Below, piece after piece: positions 49,982-59,152 of a stretch of DNA of 64,000 nucleotides (the first letter of the stretch is position 1; every line of letters starts with the position of its first letter). The DNA lies in IMG/VR virus record IMGVR_UViG_3300014911_000001, positions 1-64,000 of that record. One strand, 5' to 3'. Source of the stretch: a virus. A program made the position numbers and the translations under genes. A model generated the notes under the pieces. The model saw nothing but the letters and a program-made list of their open reading frames with translations. It searched no databases and was not told the DNA's origin.

Positions 49982-50338
49982 TTTTAACTCCTTATGATTG
50001 TTCTACTATTAATTGTAATTCTAATTATCATAAGTTTTTATGTGCCAATAAATTGACTTTATCATAAGGAAAGGTAAACAGTTACAAGAATAGGCAGAAA
50101 TAGGGCAAAGCCCGCCGGCCTCTCCATTCCCAAAAAGTGTTGCTAACTCATTGATTTTCAAAGAGCTAATGAGGCCTGCCGCGGGCTTCCCCATCAACCC
50201 TAATAATAGTCCCATCACCACTTGCCCTTTCTCATCATATGAAATGTTACACCAACCATTATAATATATAATATTGCGATTACAAAAGCACCTGGGTCTG
50301 TATTCATTTCTCTACTCCCCCCCCCACATTAGTACTTA

Positions 50339-50518
50339 TTAACAATCATTATATACTGTTATTGTATTGCCAGTAATTTCGTTCTCTATGACAACACGAC
50401 ATGGTAAAAGAAGACGATATTTTCGTAGCAATTCTGCCAACTCATCTTCCAGTATTTCAGCCCATTCCTTATTTCTGGCATCAACAAATAACGATTTGAT
50501 GGTAAAAACCGTCCTCAT
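50339..50518 (-). CDS. Small hypothetical protein (59 aa, MRTVFTIK...)
   Basis: Manually read ORF with AGGAGG RBS. Confidence 0.55.
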   Translation of the reverse strand: MRTVFTIKSLFVDARNKEWAEILEDELAELLRKYRLLLPCRVVIENEITGNTITVYNDC

Positions 50519-50529
50519 AATATCCTCCT

Positions 50530-50880
50530 TTATTCATTCTTTCCCAACCCACTTTCTTCCGTCTGTTTTATTTTACATTTGATGCTGAGATACTTTTCAA
50601 CATTCCTATACAATATATTATAAAACTCCACATGCAAGTCATAATTAACTAGGTTAGATATACGCTTAAGTTCTCTTTTATCCAGATTCTTAATCATGCG
50701 ATACAATTCTTTATCTACATTATGGCCCGAGATTTTCTTATACCAGAAAGCAACTGCTATAAGTTCATGTGTCAATTTAAATTTAAATTTGGGGGGCTTA
50801 GCTTTTGCTCTACTAGAATCAACTAATATTAATTTCATAATATCCTCCGTTGTGCCTTCTTTAATTTTTTGATAATCCAT
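50530..50880 (-). CDS. Hypothetical protein
   Basis: ORF in the array. Confidence 0.6.
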   Translation of the reverse strand: MDYQKIKEGTTEDIMKLILVDSSRAKAKPPKFKFKLTHELIAVAFWYKKISGHNVDKELYRMIKNLDKRELKRISNLVNYDLHVEFYNILYRNVEKYLSIKCKIKQTEESGLGKNE

Positions 50881-51128
50881 TTCTTCAAACTATCTGGCAC
50901 CTCTTCCCATGTAACTCGCCGCCCTAATGACGACATATGAATATCAGATTTCTCACCGATATAATATAGAACACCAAGAGGATGCTCTGGATCTTTCGAA
51001 GCACCATATACATCCCTATTGTTTATTACCACTGTGTAACAATCTATAACGCCGGGATTATAATAGATTTTCACCTCAGATGGCTTTGGCCATGTTTTAC
51101 ACATCAATAAGTTGACTTTCTTACCCAT
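50835..51128 (-). CDS. Conserved phage hypothetical protein
   Basis: DCYTVV, P.HPLGV and LGRRVTWEEVP motifs. Confidence 0.7.
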   Translation of the reverse strand: MGKKVNLLMCKTWPKPSEVKIYYNPGVIDCYTVVINNRDVYGASKDPEHPLGVLYYIGEKSDIHMSSLGRRVTWEEVPDSLKKWIIKKLKKAQRRIL

Positions 51129-51291
51129 TATCTTCATAAAATGTTGCAGAGATGAACTCACTTCCTACTATTTTACCACAGAACTCACACTCCACATCAA
51201 ATGGTGGTAAACCGACAACATTAATATCAACCTCGAATATCGTTCCGCAATATGGGCATTTTAATTCATAACCAGTGATTTTTTCATTCAT
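51121..51291 (-). CDS. Small Zn-ribbon protein (56 aa)
   Basis: Manually read MNEKITGYELKCPYCG...CEFCG; AGGAGG RBS. Confidence 0.6.
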   Translation of the reverse strand: MNEKITGYELKCPYCGTIFEVDINVVGLPPFDVECEFCGKIVGSEFISATFYEDNG

Positions 51292-51292
51292 A

Positions 51293-51820
51293 TTATCCCT
51301 CCTTTTCCTTACTTAATGCTTTCATATATAGATATGAAAGCCGATCCATATTAAGCTTTGCGCAATGCTCACATACTGGAATGGGATTACAAAGATATCT
51401 TGATTCGCTATGTATTACTAGCTTCTCATCGTAATATGAGGTGCCTATGTACATGTTTCTGGTAAGGATCCTACCACAAATACCACACCTTTTTTGCTCC
51501 TCAGGCGGTTTTCTCAAAGTATCGATCACATCAGCTAATTCACAGAGGCGGGCTTCAATTGCTTTGATACTTTTCTCAAGTTCTTTCTGCATTTTATTAT
51601 GATATTCATTGTGGTCAATTTTGTATTCCCTCATATTGCCAAATAATACGTCAATTCTCATTTCAACATTTTCCCGCATGTTGTTAAGATCCTCTTTTAG
51701 CTTTCCAAGGTCTAATTCTAATGTACGGATCCAATTATCTATCATTGAAATACGACTTTCCATTTCCTTCTTTTTCTTTCTACTGAACATTTTATACCTC
51801 CTTTGTTTTTTGTTCATCAA
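51293..51820 (-). CDS. Coiled-coil plus Zn-finger protein (start likely MFSRKK)
   Basis: Heptads, then CGICG...VCEHC. Confidence 0.7.
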   Translation of the reverse strand: MMNKKQRRYKMFSRKKKKEMESRISMIDNWIRTLELDLGKLKEDLNNMRENVEMRIDVLFGNMREYKIDHNEYHNKMQKELEKSIKAIEARLCELADVIDTLRKPPEEQKRCGICGRILTRNMYIGTSYYDEKLVIHSESRYLCNPIPVCEHCAKLNMDRLSYLYMKALSKEKEG

Positions 51821-51825
51821 ATTGA

Positions 51826-52272
51826 CTACAAATCATTGGATTCAAGAAACTGGCGGACCTCTTCCACTATCCGCTTTATTATATCGTACCTCCTTATCGA
51901 ATTTAACGATATTACTTCATCACGGGTTAAATATTGTCCATATAATTTCTCTACATGTCCATTTTCAAACCTATAACCATACATTGATCCGTCCTCAGCA
52001 ATGAATTCAACCTGTGCTTTCTCAAGGTAAGGCGAGAGGGCTTCAAGCAGAACATCAAAATCATCCCACCTATCAAAATAATCGCAATCCTCGATCATCA
52101 GGAAATTATGGCCAGTAGACTCATTACGGATAACAGATACACTACAACCTTGCAAAATCCGTGCGGATCCGGATATAGACGCAGCCTTCTTTATAGCCTC
52201 CTTTATATCGTGGGTTGTAACACCATCCTTCACAGCAATAATATAGAAGCTGAGTGTGCTATACTGGGACAT
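51826..52272 (-). CDS. Hypothetical protein, tandem paralog family F
   Basis: A.VEF..ED..MYGYR.ENG. Confidence 0.7.
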   Translation of the reverse strand: MSQYSTLSFYIIAVKDGVTTHDIKEAIKKAASISGSARILQGCSVSVIRNESTGHNFLMIEDCDYFDRWDDFDVLLEALSPYLEKAQVEFIAEDGSMYGYRFENGHVEKLYGQYLTRDEVISLNSIRRYDIIKRIVEEVRQFLESNDL

Positions 52273-52771
52273 CCCTATCCTCCCTGTTTATTATTATGCT
52301 CATCATTTCTTTTATCAACCGTTTTGATAATTCATCGAAGAACCCTCCAAACACAGCAACCAGCATATCCGCGTCTTCTAATGGCACAAATATTCCCTTT
52401 GTTTCAATAAGCCGGCCGTTTTCCACACGGTACCCATGTAGTGTAGCATCATCCTCAAACAATTCTATCTCAGCAAAATCAACAATATCCTTTATAGCAT
52501 TCATTATTCTTTCTACATCCTTGACAGGTACTAATGCATCCATACTAAACCTTGAAAGCCACATACGCGGGCGGTCAAGTGTGAGTCTCGTAAATCCTGT
52601 TTTGAGCATATAGCGAGCAGCTTCATTATCAATCTTTTTTATTACTCTAAGGATGTTGTCAAATTTTTTCTCATCAGCGTATATGTCAAAACTAATTATT
52701 ATAGCTCTTCTTTCAGTCCTGAGTTCTTTACATATGTTATCCATCATATCCTCCCTATTGAAAAATATCAC
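52259..52771 (-). CDS. Hypothetical protein, tandem paralog family F
   Basis: IDNEAARYM, GY.VENG..IET.GIFVP. Confidence 0.75.
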   Translation of the reverse strand: MIFFNREDMMDNICKELRTERRAIIISFDIYADEKKFDNILRVIKKIDNEAARYMLKTGFTRLTLDRPRMWLSRFSMDALVPVKDVERIMNAIKDIVDFAEIELFEDDATLHGYRVENGRLIETKGIFVPLEDADMLVAVFGGFFDELSKRLIKEMMSIIINREDRDVPV

Positions 52772-52784
52772 TTGTGTTCTATTC

Positions 52785-53216
52785 CTAATCCTTCATCATG
52801 GAAGCCACTTCCTTTATTAACCTCCTTGCTATCTTTCCAGACTTGTTTCCAAATAGTGCACTTATTAGTTGCGCGTCGTCTACTGGTACAAATATGCCTC
52901 TTGTCTCTATAATCTGCCCATCCTCTACCCAATACCCTACGAGGTTATCATCATCACGAAGCATTTCAATACTTGCAAGATCAACCTTATCCTTGATAGT
53001 ATCTAGTATCTCCTTTACATCTTCTATAGGAAGCCACATATCAGGATCAAATCTTGCAAGGTGTGCGTAATCATCATCTCTACTAGTTATAAAGCACGCA
53101 TAAATCATGTAGCGGGCGGCCTCATTATCAATTCCCTTTATAACATCAATAATCTCACCAACTTTCCCTTTATCTACAGAGAATTCGAAATTTAGTAGTA
53201 TAGCTTTATCACCCAT
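52785..53216 (-). CDS. Hypothetical protein, tandem paralog family F
   Basis: IDNEAARYM, GYWVEDG..IETRGIFVP. Confidence 0.75.
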   Translation of the reverse strand: MGDKAILLNFEFSVDKGKVGEIIDVIKGIDNEAARYMIYACFITSRDDDYAHLARFDPDMWLPIEDVKEILDTIKDKVDLASIEMLRDDDNLVGYWVEDGQIIETRGIFVPVDDAQLISALFGNKSGKIARRLIKEVASMMKD

Positions 53217-53511
53217 CTTTATTACTCTCCTTTCTTGGAGGCGGCGGCTTCACCCCTGCATGCAATGCTAGAATGAACCATCGTCTCCTAGCTTCTTCTA
53301 AGCCGGCCAGCGCGGCCTCTCTTGTCTCTCCCATACTCATGCATCCGGGCAGATCCTCTATCTCTGCAACCCATTCATCATTCCACTTCCATACCTTAAT
53401 CGCATAGCTGCGCTTCATATACTTTTCTATTTCATCCTTATATTTCCTTTCTACCTCTGCAAGTTCATCGTTACTTATGAACCTTCCCATGCCATTATCC
53501 TCCTTTAACAT
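53209..53511 (-). CDS. hicB: HicB-family antitoxin-like protein
   Basis: WVAEIEDLPGCMSMGETREAAL..LEEA..W....G..PPPP. Confidence 0.85.
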   Translation of the reverse strand: MLKEDNGMGRFISNDELAEVERKYKDEIEKYMKRSYAIKVWKWNDEWVAEIEDLPGCMSMGETREAALAGLEEARRRWFILALHAGVKPPPPRKESNKDG

Positions 53512-53822
53512 TTACCGCCTCCATATAACTCTTTCAAATCCTTTTCCATTTCCTCAAGGCATTTTTCACATCTATCACATCTTTGTGGGAACCATCTTTT
53601 GTGTTTCTTACACCATTCGAGACCCGGTTCCCACAAGGGGCATTGGTGGTCTTCATCTGTTCCTACCTCTCCATTGATACCGAGTCTTTCAAGCTCTTCC
53701 TCTTTCATACAACCAGCATCTAACATACTGCCACCGGATAATGCTACACCCGACGGGGACGGATCGAACCATTCTTCATAATAATGCTTACATGTTTTAC
53801 ATATACCTACCTCTATATTCAT
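53505..53822 (-). CDS. Cys-rich hypothetical protein
   Basis: Start MNIEVG after AAGGAGGT; CKTC, CPLW, CDRC. Confidence 0.65.
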   Translation of the reverse strand: MNIEVGICKTCKHYYEEWFDPSPSGVALSGGSMLDAGCMKEEELERLGINGEVGTDEDHQCPLWEPGLEWCKKHKRWFPQRCDRCEKCLEEMEKDLKELYGGGKC

Positions 53823-53845
53823 GTAGGACCTCCTTATCATTAATA

Positions 53846-53877
53846 AATGACAACCATAATGACAATAAAAATGACAA
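53846..53877. promoter_or_regulatory. Three direct repeats of AATGACAA at a 12-bp period
   Basis: Copies at 53846, 53858 and 53870, just upstream of an RBS. Confidence 0.5.
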
Positions 53878-53909
53878 TGAAGCCGCGGCTTCACCCATAA
53901 CCCTTTTAT

Positions 53910-54018
53910 AGGCGGCGGTTTTTACGGGTCTGCACCTCGACCCTATTAAACTACCGACCTGACAGCCCGGTGCGAGGCCTTCAACGGTCGGGTGGGATTG
54001 ATACCCACATCGCCGCCT
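53910..54018. ncRNA. Candidate four-way-junction RNA with a kissing loop
   Basis: AGGCGGCG/CGCCGCCT closing stem; GGGTC/GACCC, CCGACC/GGTCGG and GTGGG/CCCAC stems; loops TGCACC and GGTGCG are complementary. Confidence 0.6.
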
Positions 54019-54070
54019 GCTTATAATATCACTCATCCTTTTGTTTTGTTGCCTTATAATTGACAATAAC

Positions 54071-54325
54071 TTATTCGTCAATCAAGGAAGCGCGTCTTCC
54101 TTCTTCAAGAAAGCGCGGCTCCTTTCCTAAAAACACTACCCTTACAAGATCCATAAATGCATCTACATAGATTCTACCTCTTACCTTCCATGGTAGTGAG
54201 CTCCACCTCTCATCATATTCTAACCTGCCTATCAATGACATTGCACAACATGAGAATATAATCCTGTACAAAAGACCATCAATAAAATTATTAAACCTCT
54301 GCTCCATTCTTCGCATTAATCTCAT
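54071..54325 (-). CDS. Hypothetical protein
   Basis: Coupled ORF. Confidence 0.55.
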   Translation of the reverse strand: MRLMRRMEQRFNNFIDGLLYRIIFSCCAMSLIGRLEYDERWSSLPWKVRGRIYVDAFMDLVRVVFLGKEPRFLEEGRRASLIDE

Positions 54326-55180
54326 TTATGTAATATGTTTTTGTATTCCATCTACCCACACCTCTAACCCATTTTGGTAGACAGTGTGGGTAGAACCATC
54401 ATTTAACGTGACACAAGCATATATAGTATTATATTCATCTTTACAGATTCTAATAGATTTTATCCCATAGGATTTAAATTCCTCATATCCTCGGAGACAT
54501 AGCCATGGGTAATAATAACATCTATCTTCTATTTCAACCCCTTCGGCTTCACTTATTTCTCTTATTCTCTGCCGAAGGGGTTCAAGTGATTCTTCGACCA
54601 GCTCCTCCAGCCTTCGTCGGAGCCGGTCGCAATAAATATCTCCCCTCTCGTCTCTCCCACTTTCACATTGCCCATTATAAAAATATGGGCAATCTTCGCA
54701 ATTCTGAACCCTCATCAACTCTTCCTCTATAGAAGAGTATTCATCTGTTTTCACTAACATGCCTTTCCTCACCCATATATAAATCTTCGCCAATAACTCA
54801 GCGAGGCTGCCGGCTTCATACATCACCACATAACTAATGCTGTCCCATCCATGGTCGATATAACCACCACATAACTTACTACCATCTAATCCTTCTATAC
54901 CAAGACATACTCTTATCTTACCACCTACTTCTATTTCATCATCTACCATAACACAATGAGGACACTCAGAGATTATTTCATCAGCAACAGGTGCCTTAAT
55001 AGCCACACCTTGCATAATAAGCCGCCGTAGTTCTGCATTATTAAAGTGGTACTCGAGCTCCCATTTATCGCCCTTATGTTTCCGCCAGTAGAAGCCGCCG
55101 CCTCCCTGAGGGAAGCCGGCTTCCTTCAACTTCCTACATAACTCCAAACTAGGAACAAGCTTTCTTATGTTACACATCAT
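54326..55180 (-). CDS. Hypothetical protein, paralog family G
   Basis: LVPSLELC.KL...G...FYW, AP. Confidence 0.7.
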   Translation of the reverse strand: MMCNIRKLVPSLELCRKLKEAGFPQGGGGFYWRKHKGDKWELEYHFNNAELRRLIMQGVAIKAPVADEIISECPHCVMVDDEIEVGGKIRVCLGIEGLDGSKLCGGYIDHGWDSISYVVMYEAGSLAELLAKIYIWVRKGMLVKTDEYSSIEEELMRVQNCEDCPYFYNGQCESGRDERGDIYCDRLRRRLEELVEESLEPLRQRIREISEAEGVEIEDRCYYYPWLCLRGYEEFKSYGIKSIRICKDEYNTIYACVTLNDGSTHTVYQNGLEVWVDGIQKHIT

Positions 55181-55553
55181 CCGCCTCCTTTTTCTTTATT
55201 TCTATTAACTGCTCCGCCACCTTATTTGTAAGCAACCCTATTACCTCTCTTACAAAATCACTCCTCTCCATTAGTACATACAACAGGCGACATATGAGCA
55301 CATCAAGGGTCGGGGCTTCATACATACACACAACCCTATCATGTTCAATAAAATTCCTATGAATCAGATGAAATGCATCTCTTATATCTGCTGTATAATC
55401 AGGACAAATGCTATGGTCCTTACTACTATCATCCTCATATAGCACCCAATAATATTCAGTATCCCTATGATGAATTCCCAGCTTCTCAAGTTGCATACAT
55501 AGGTCAACACTTGGTACAAGACACTCAAATTTTGGTGATAAACCTTCGAACAT
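55170..55553 (-). CDS. Hypothetical protein, paralog family G
   Basis: LVPSVDLC.QL...G...YYW, APTL. Confidence 0.7.
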   Translation of the reverse strand: MFEGLSPKFECLVPSVDLCMQLEKLGIHHRDTEYYWVLYEDDSSKDHSICPDYTADIRDAFHLIHRNFIEHDRVVCMYEAPTLDVLICRLLYVLMERSDFVREVIGLLTNKVAEQLIEIKKKEADDV

Positions 55554-55564
55554 TATTTACCTCC

Positions 55565-55813
55565 TTAATTTAAAGAATATGCTACCTTCTTGCAAGAACC
55601 GCCCTTATACATTATACAAGGCTTAGATTTCCCATATTCATCAGTCCTCCATACAACAACATACATATCCGGCGCCGCCTTCCTACAAATTTTGCGGGCT
55701 TCTCTCCTCGCCCGCTTAAACTTCCTGTACTCACCTACTATCGTAATCCCGCCGGCTTCACATAAAATAACAGTATATCTGTCCACACGAAATTCTTCAT
55801 TCCCTGTCCGCAT
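55565..55813 (-). CDS. Hypothetical protein
   Basis: RBS. Confidence 0.6.
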   Translation of the reverse strand: MRTGNEEFRVDRYTVILCEAGGITIVGEYRKFKRARREARKICRKAAPDMYVVVWRTDEYGKSKPCIMYKGGSCKKVAYSLN

Positions 55814-56248
55814 TTATTCCTCCTTAACATCGGATTTAACCATTCTATAATCCTCAAAAACCTTCCATTCTTTTCGCTCATCATCCCATACCTTCCTATA
55901 TTTCATCCACATTACGAACGCAAGCCAAAGTTGCTCAAAGGACTCAAATCCCTTCACATCACCAGTAAGCCAGTTGCCCTTCTGCTCGCGTATCCACTCG
56001 TCAAACAACACATGCTTCCACGCCAATCCATCAGGGATCATCTCCTGCAATTGATCCTGTCGAGGAAGCCAAATTTGTAAATAGGAAGGATCCAACCCCT
56101 TGGACTTATGAAAGACCGCTATACCCACGAGAATATCTTTTTTCATTCCTGCAAATTCTGCATAAAAATCTCCCTCGCGGGGCTCCCATTCACTCCGTAA
56201 TTCCTCCGCCTTAACACACATCTCAATATATTTAGATGACAAATCCAT
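55814..56248 (-). CDS. Hypothetical phage protein, paralog family B
   Basis: WLPRQDQLQEM, SFEQLWLAFVM..KY.K.WD. Confidence 0.75.
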   Translation of the reverse strand: MDLSSKYIEMCVKAEELRSEWEPREGDFYAEFAGMKKDILVGIAVFHKSKGLDPSYLQIWLPRQDQLQEMIPDGLAWKHVLFDEWIREQKGNWLTGDVKGFESFEQLWLAFVMWMKYRKVWDDERKEWKVFEDYRMVKSDVKEE

Positions 56249-56297
56249 TCAGGATACCTCCTTATCCACATCAAACAAATCCTAAAGGGCGCGGGCT

Positions 56298-56795
56298 TCA
56301 CAACAAATACTCCCGCTTAATCCTCCCTATCTCTGCATTAATCTCTTCTATCCGCCGCCTCACTCTCCTTAACCTATCCCAGTCCTCACCCGATACCAAA
56401 AAATCATCCAAAACAACCGCCTCACTCCAAGGAGTAGACGAAGCCTCACGCGGTAACGCACGAACCTCCACAGGCTCATTAGATAAACGCCACCTCTCCT
56501 CAGCTAACCTCCTCACCTTCTCCCTCATCTGCTCCCTCACATATAAAAACCCCTTTGCAATGTTTATAATATGCCTCAATCTGAATAAATCAACCTCACT
56601 CCGCACCTCCAACGGTATCTCCTCAACAAGAGACCCAGCTACCTTCCCGCCATGTTCACGACGCACCCTATCCACCAAACTCATTATAACATCCGACGTC
56701 ACATTAGCAAACGATAACGACTCAAATTCCTTCTCCACATCACGCGATATCGAAGCTATACGCCTCGCATTGATCAACGACTTAAATAATGCCAT
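56298..56795 (-). CDS. Hypothetical protein
   Basis: AGGAGGTG RBS; G-rich codons. Confidence 0.7.
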   Translation of the reverse strand: MALFKSLINARRIASISRDVEKEFESLSFANVTSDVIMSLVDRVRREHGGKVAGSLVEEIPLEVRSEVDLFRLRHIINIAKGFLYVREQMREKVRRLAEERWRLSNEPVEVRALPREASSTPWSEAVVLDDFLVSGEDWDRLRRVRRRIEEINAEIGRIKREYLL

Positions 56796-56822
56796 ACTTA
56801 CACCTCCTTGTATGTTTTCCTC

Positions 56823-57206
56823 TCACATAACATCTTCCCTATCAATAACATCTAAGGCATACCGCGCGGCTTCCTCTATATCACCAAACTCCTTATACCT
56901 AACATTCCACTTCGACGGCTTCCTCCCATATCCACCAACCTCTCTCCCCGTCCCCGCATCTACCACAATAATCTCACCAGGAATAAAAACATCCCTCATA
57001 ATACGATGAATATGCCACCTCCTTCCCTCATGCTCAATATCAAACTCATGAAGCTGCGAAAACAACACCTTCTCACCAGCACAAGAATCAACAAACATAT
57101 ACCCATCATCCGTCAACGATATACACGTATCCGCACAACAACGCTCACCATGCTCAGATGTAGGATCCGAAATTACACCCTCAATAACAATAAACTTCAA
57201 ATCCAT
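56823..57206 (-). CDS. Hypothetical protein
   Basis: Start MDLKF after AGGAGGT; GRKPSKW motif. Confidence 0.7.
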   Translation of the reverse strand: MDLKFIVIEGVISDPTSEHGERCCADTCISLTDDGYMFVDSCAGEKVLFSQLHEFDIEHEGRRWHIHRIMRDVFIPGEIIVVDAGTGREVGGYGRKPSKWNVRYKEFGDIEEAARYALDVIDREDVM

Positions 57207-57339
57207 GTTATTACCTCCTGTTAATGTTGTTAATACCCCCGTTACATCCAATGCATAACCTCTATGTCAATCCATTACCCAACCATAACCAAGCCAAACC
57301 ATGCAGGCCAGCACTGAGTCTACGAAGTCCACCAAGGTC

Positions 57340-57468
57340 CACCAACCCTCCACAAACCCTCTACAAACTACTCTACTTCTACAAATGGTTCTACAAAGTC
57401 TACAAGCGGTCCTACAAACGGTCCTATACATGGCCCTACACATGGTCCTACAACGGTCCTACAAACTG
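57340..57468. repeat. Degenerate 12-bp tandem repeat (CTACAAACGGTC-like, about 9 copies); candidate origin or terminus
   Basis: ctacaagcggtc ctacaaacggtc ctatacatggcc ctacacatggtc; located at a strand-composition switch. Confidence 0.7.
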
Positions 57469-57585
57469 AAGAGGCCTATGGCGCCTGCTGGCTTCGTCGG
57501 GCCTCGCTCGACCTCTGATGGGTTTCGTTGGGTGTCCTGACCTCGCTGGCTGGTTTTCGGCGGAAATTTGGCGTTGTTTGGGCAT
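57448..57585 (-). CDS. Small basic ORF (45 aa, MPKQRQIS...)
   Basis: AAAGGAGGT RBS and an upstream GTCAAT motif. Confidence 0.4.
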   Translation of the reverse strand: MPKQRQISAENQPARSGHPTKPIRGRARPDEASRRHRPLQFVGPL

Positions 57586-57632
57586 TTTGACCTCCTTTGT
57601 TTGATATTTGTTTTTATGCCAGTAGATTGACT

Positions 57633-58619
57633 TTATTTTAGTATGCGCTCTATGGCTCTTCTGAAGTTTTTTAGTGTTTGTTCTTTTGAGTGTTTGATTA
57701 TTTTTTTGGCTTCGTTCATGGTTATAGGGCGGGCTTCGATATTATTGTTTACGGCGTAGTGGTATGGTACGAACAGGGTTTTATTGGTTTTTATTATTTT
57801 GAGGTATAAACCGCGGCATCCTATGTCGAAGTCCTTTTTCATATCCCTATCTACGATCATAGCCTCGCTGAGGTAGGTATCTGGTATTGTTTCGAGGGTT
57901 AGTGGGTTGGTGAAGCCGCGGCTCCTCCTTACGAAGTAGTACTTGCAGTGGATGCAGTGAAGCCCGCACTTTTTTACTTTAGTGTTAAGTTCCATGTCAT
58001 CTGAGATCCACCTACCCTTCTCCTCGAATGTATCATATTTATAGCAATATACGGTGTTTGTTCCTATATCATATATGGTTTGTATATGATTATCTTCGGG
58101 CAGTAAGATGCACATCGCGACCTCGCGTTGGTGGTGTATTTTTATATCCTTATTACCGAGCAACAATCTTGTAATCTTGTTTTCATATTGTTCATATATT
58201 TTATCTATATCAGCGCAGATATATATTTCATCGCCTTTTGATAGGAGCTTTTTTATTGCTTCGGTGCAGAGTGTTATTGAGTTGCCTATCTTGATGGCTT
58301 TTAGTGGTATTTCGAGGTGTTTGCAGATGCTACATGTAGGCATGCTGGAGTGTTCACTTGGTTCTGCGTATGATATTTTATAGAAGAGGAATGGGAATGC
58401 TTGGAGTGAAGCCGGCGCCCATGGTGGGGAAGAAGCCGCGGCCTCCTTATGTTCTCTTGATACTATATAGGCTGAAGCCGCGCCGCCTAATGTATCAACG
58501 ATAAAATTAAGATGAAACACCATCTGCTCCACAGAATATTCTCCTTTGACATCAGGATCCGATTCCACTACATAAACCTTACCATCCTTCATTCCATAGA
58601 TAGCATATATCATCCCCAT
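57633..58619 (-). CDS. Hypothetical protein, paralog family A with a C-terminal extension
   Basis: GG...YIVSR, PPWAP...AFPFLFYKI, CSIC. Confidence 0.7.
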   Translation of the reverse strand: MGMIYAIYGMKDGKVYVVESDPDVKGEYSVEQMVFHLNFIVDTLGGAASAYIVSREHKEAAASSPPWAPASLQAFPFLFYKISYAEPSEHSSMPTCSICKHLEIPLKAIKIGNSITLCTEAIKKLLSKGDEIYICADIDKIYEQYENKITRLLLGNKDIKIHHQREVAMCILLPEDNHIQTIYDIGTNTVYCYKYDTFEEKGRWISDDMELNTKVKKCGLHCIHCKYYFVRRSRGFTNPLTLETIPDTYLSEAMIVDRDMKKDFDIGCRGLYLKIIKTNKTLFVPYHYAVNNNIEARPITMNEAKKIIKHSKEQTLKNFRRAIERILK

Positions 58620-59152
58620 CTACTCCTCCCTTCTCGTATAAACTCCCTCAGTCTTATGGGTTTATCATGTAGTATAAGAACGCTCGCGTTGTTGCGTGCT
58701 ATGATATCGACCCAGAACTCATCTGGTGTGACATATGTATTGCTTATTACGATGATGCCTTTGATTTGAGCTACCTTCATCCATAGAGGAATATGTTGCT
58801 GGACATACAGACATGGTACATCCTGTGGTGCTATTATGCTACAAATACGGTAGAAGGAGAAGGGGAAGCCGGCGACCTCTGCTGGTAGCCATGGTGGTTC
58901 ATCAGGTTCGTTGTTGGTTGGAGGTGGTTGGTCCATGTGTGATGGTAGAGGTATTTCATTGCGAGAGAAGATGTATGAAGCCCCGCCCTCTTTATATATA
59001 TCATATAAATTACTAATAACATCACTTTTATTAAATATATAATTCCACACGAGCAGATTATCTTGGTTCGTGAATGTTGGTTCTAAATACAACTTAGGAG
59101 GGATACCTATTTTGATTGGACTGAGTATGACATAGTAGTAATCGTCTGTCAT
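58610..59152 (-). CDS. Hypothetical protein, paralog family A
   Basis: Start MTDDYYYVILS after AAAGGAGG; GGASYIFSR, PPWLP...GFPFSFYRI. Confidence 0.7.
   Translation of the reverse strand: MTDDYYYVILSPIKIGIPPKLYLEPTFTNQDNLLVWNYIFNKSDVISNLYDIYKEGGASYIFSRNEIPLPSHMDQPPPTNNEPDEPPWLPAEVAGFPFSFYRICSIIAPQDVPCLYVQQHIPLWMKVAQIKGIIVISNTYVTPDEFWVDIIARNNASVLILHDKPIRLREFIREGRSRWG

Noticed and set aside
50317-50325. C9 homopolymer as a phase-variation switch
   Set aside because: A single intergenic tract next to an RBS; no evidence of length variation without reads.
53910-54018. tRNA
   Set aside because: Cloverleaf-like, but no TTCRA T-loop, D-loop GG or standard arm lengths; kept as an unknown ncRNA.
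57340-57468. Possible CRISPR or mini-array
   Set aside because: Repeats are 12 bp, abutting and degenerate, with no unique spacers.
56236-57540. Plus-strand ORFs 56236..57009, 57006..57224, 57224..57469 and 57301..57540
   Set aside because: Antisense or low-complexity products of the G-poor strand; the minus-strand genes have the RBSs.
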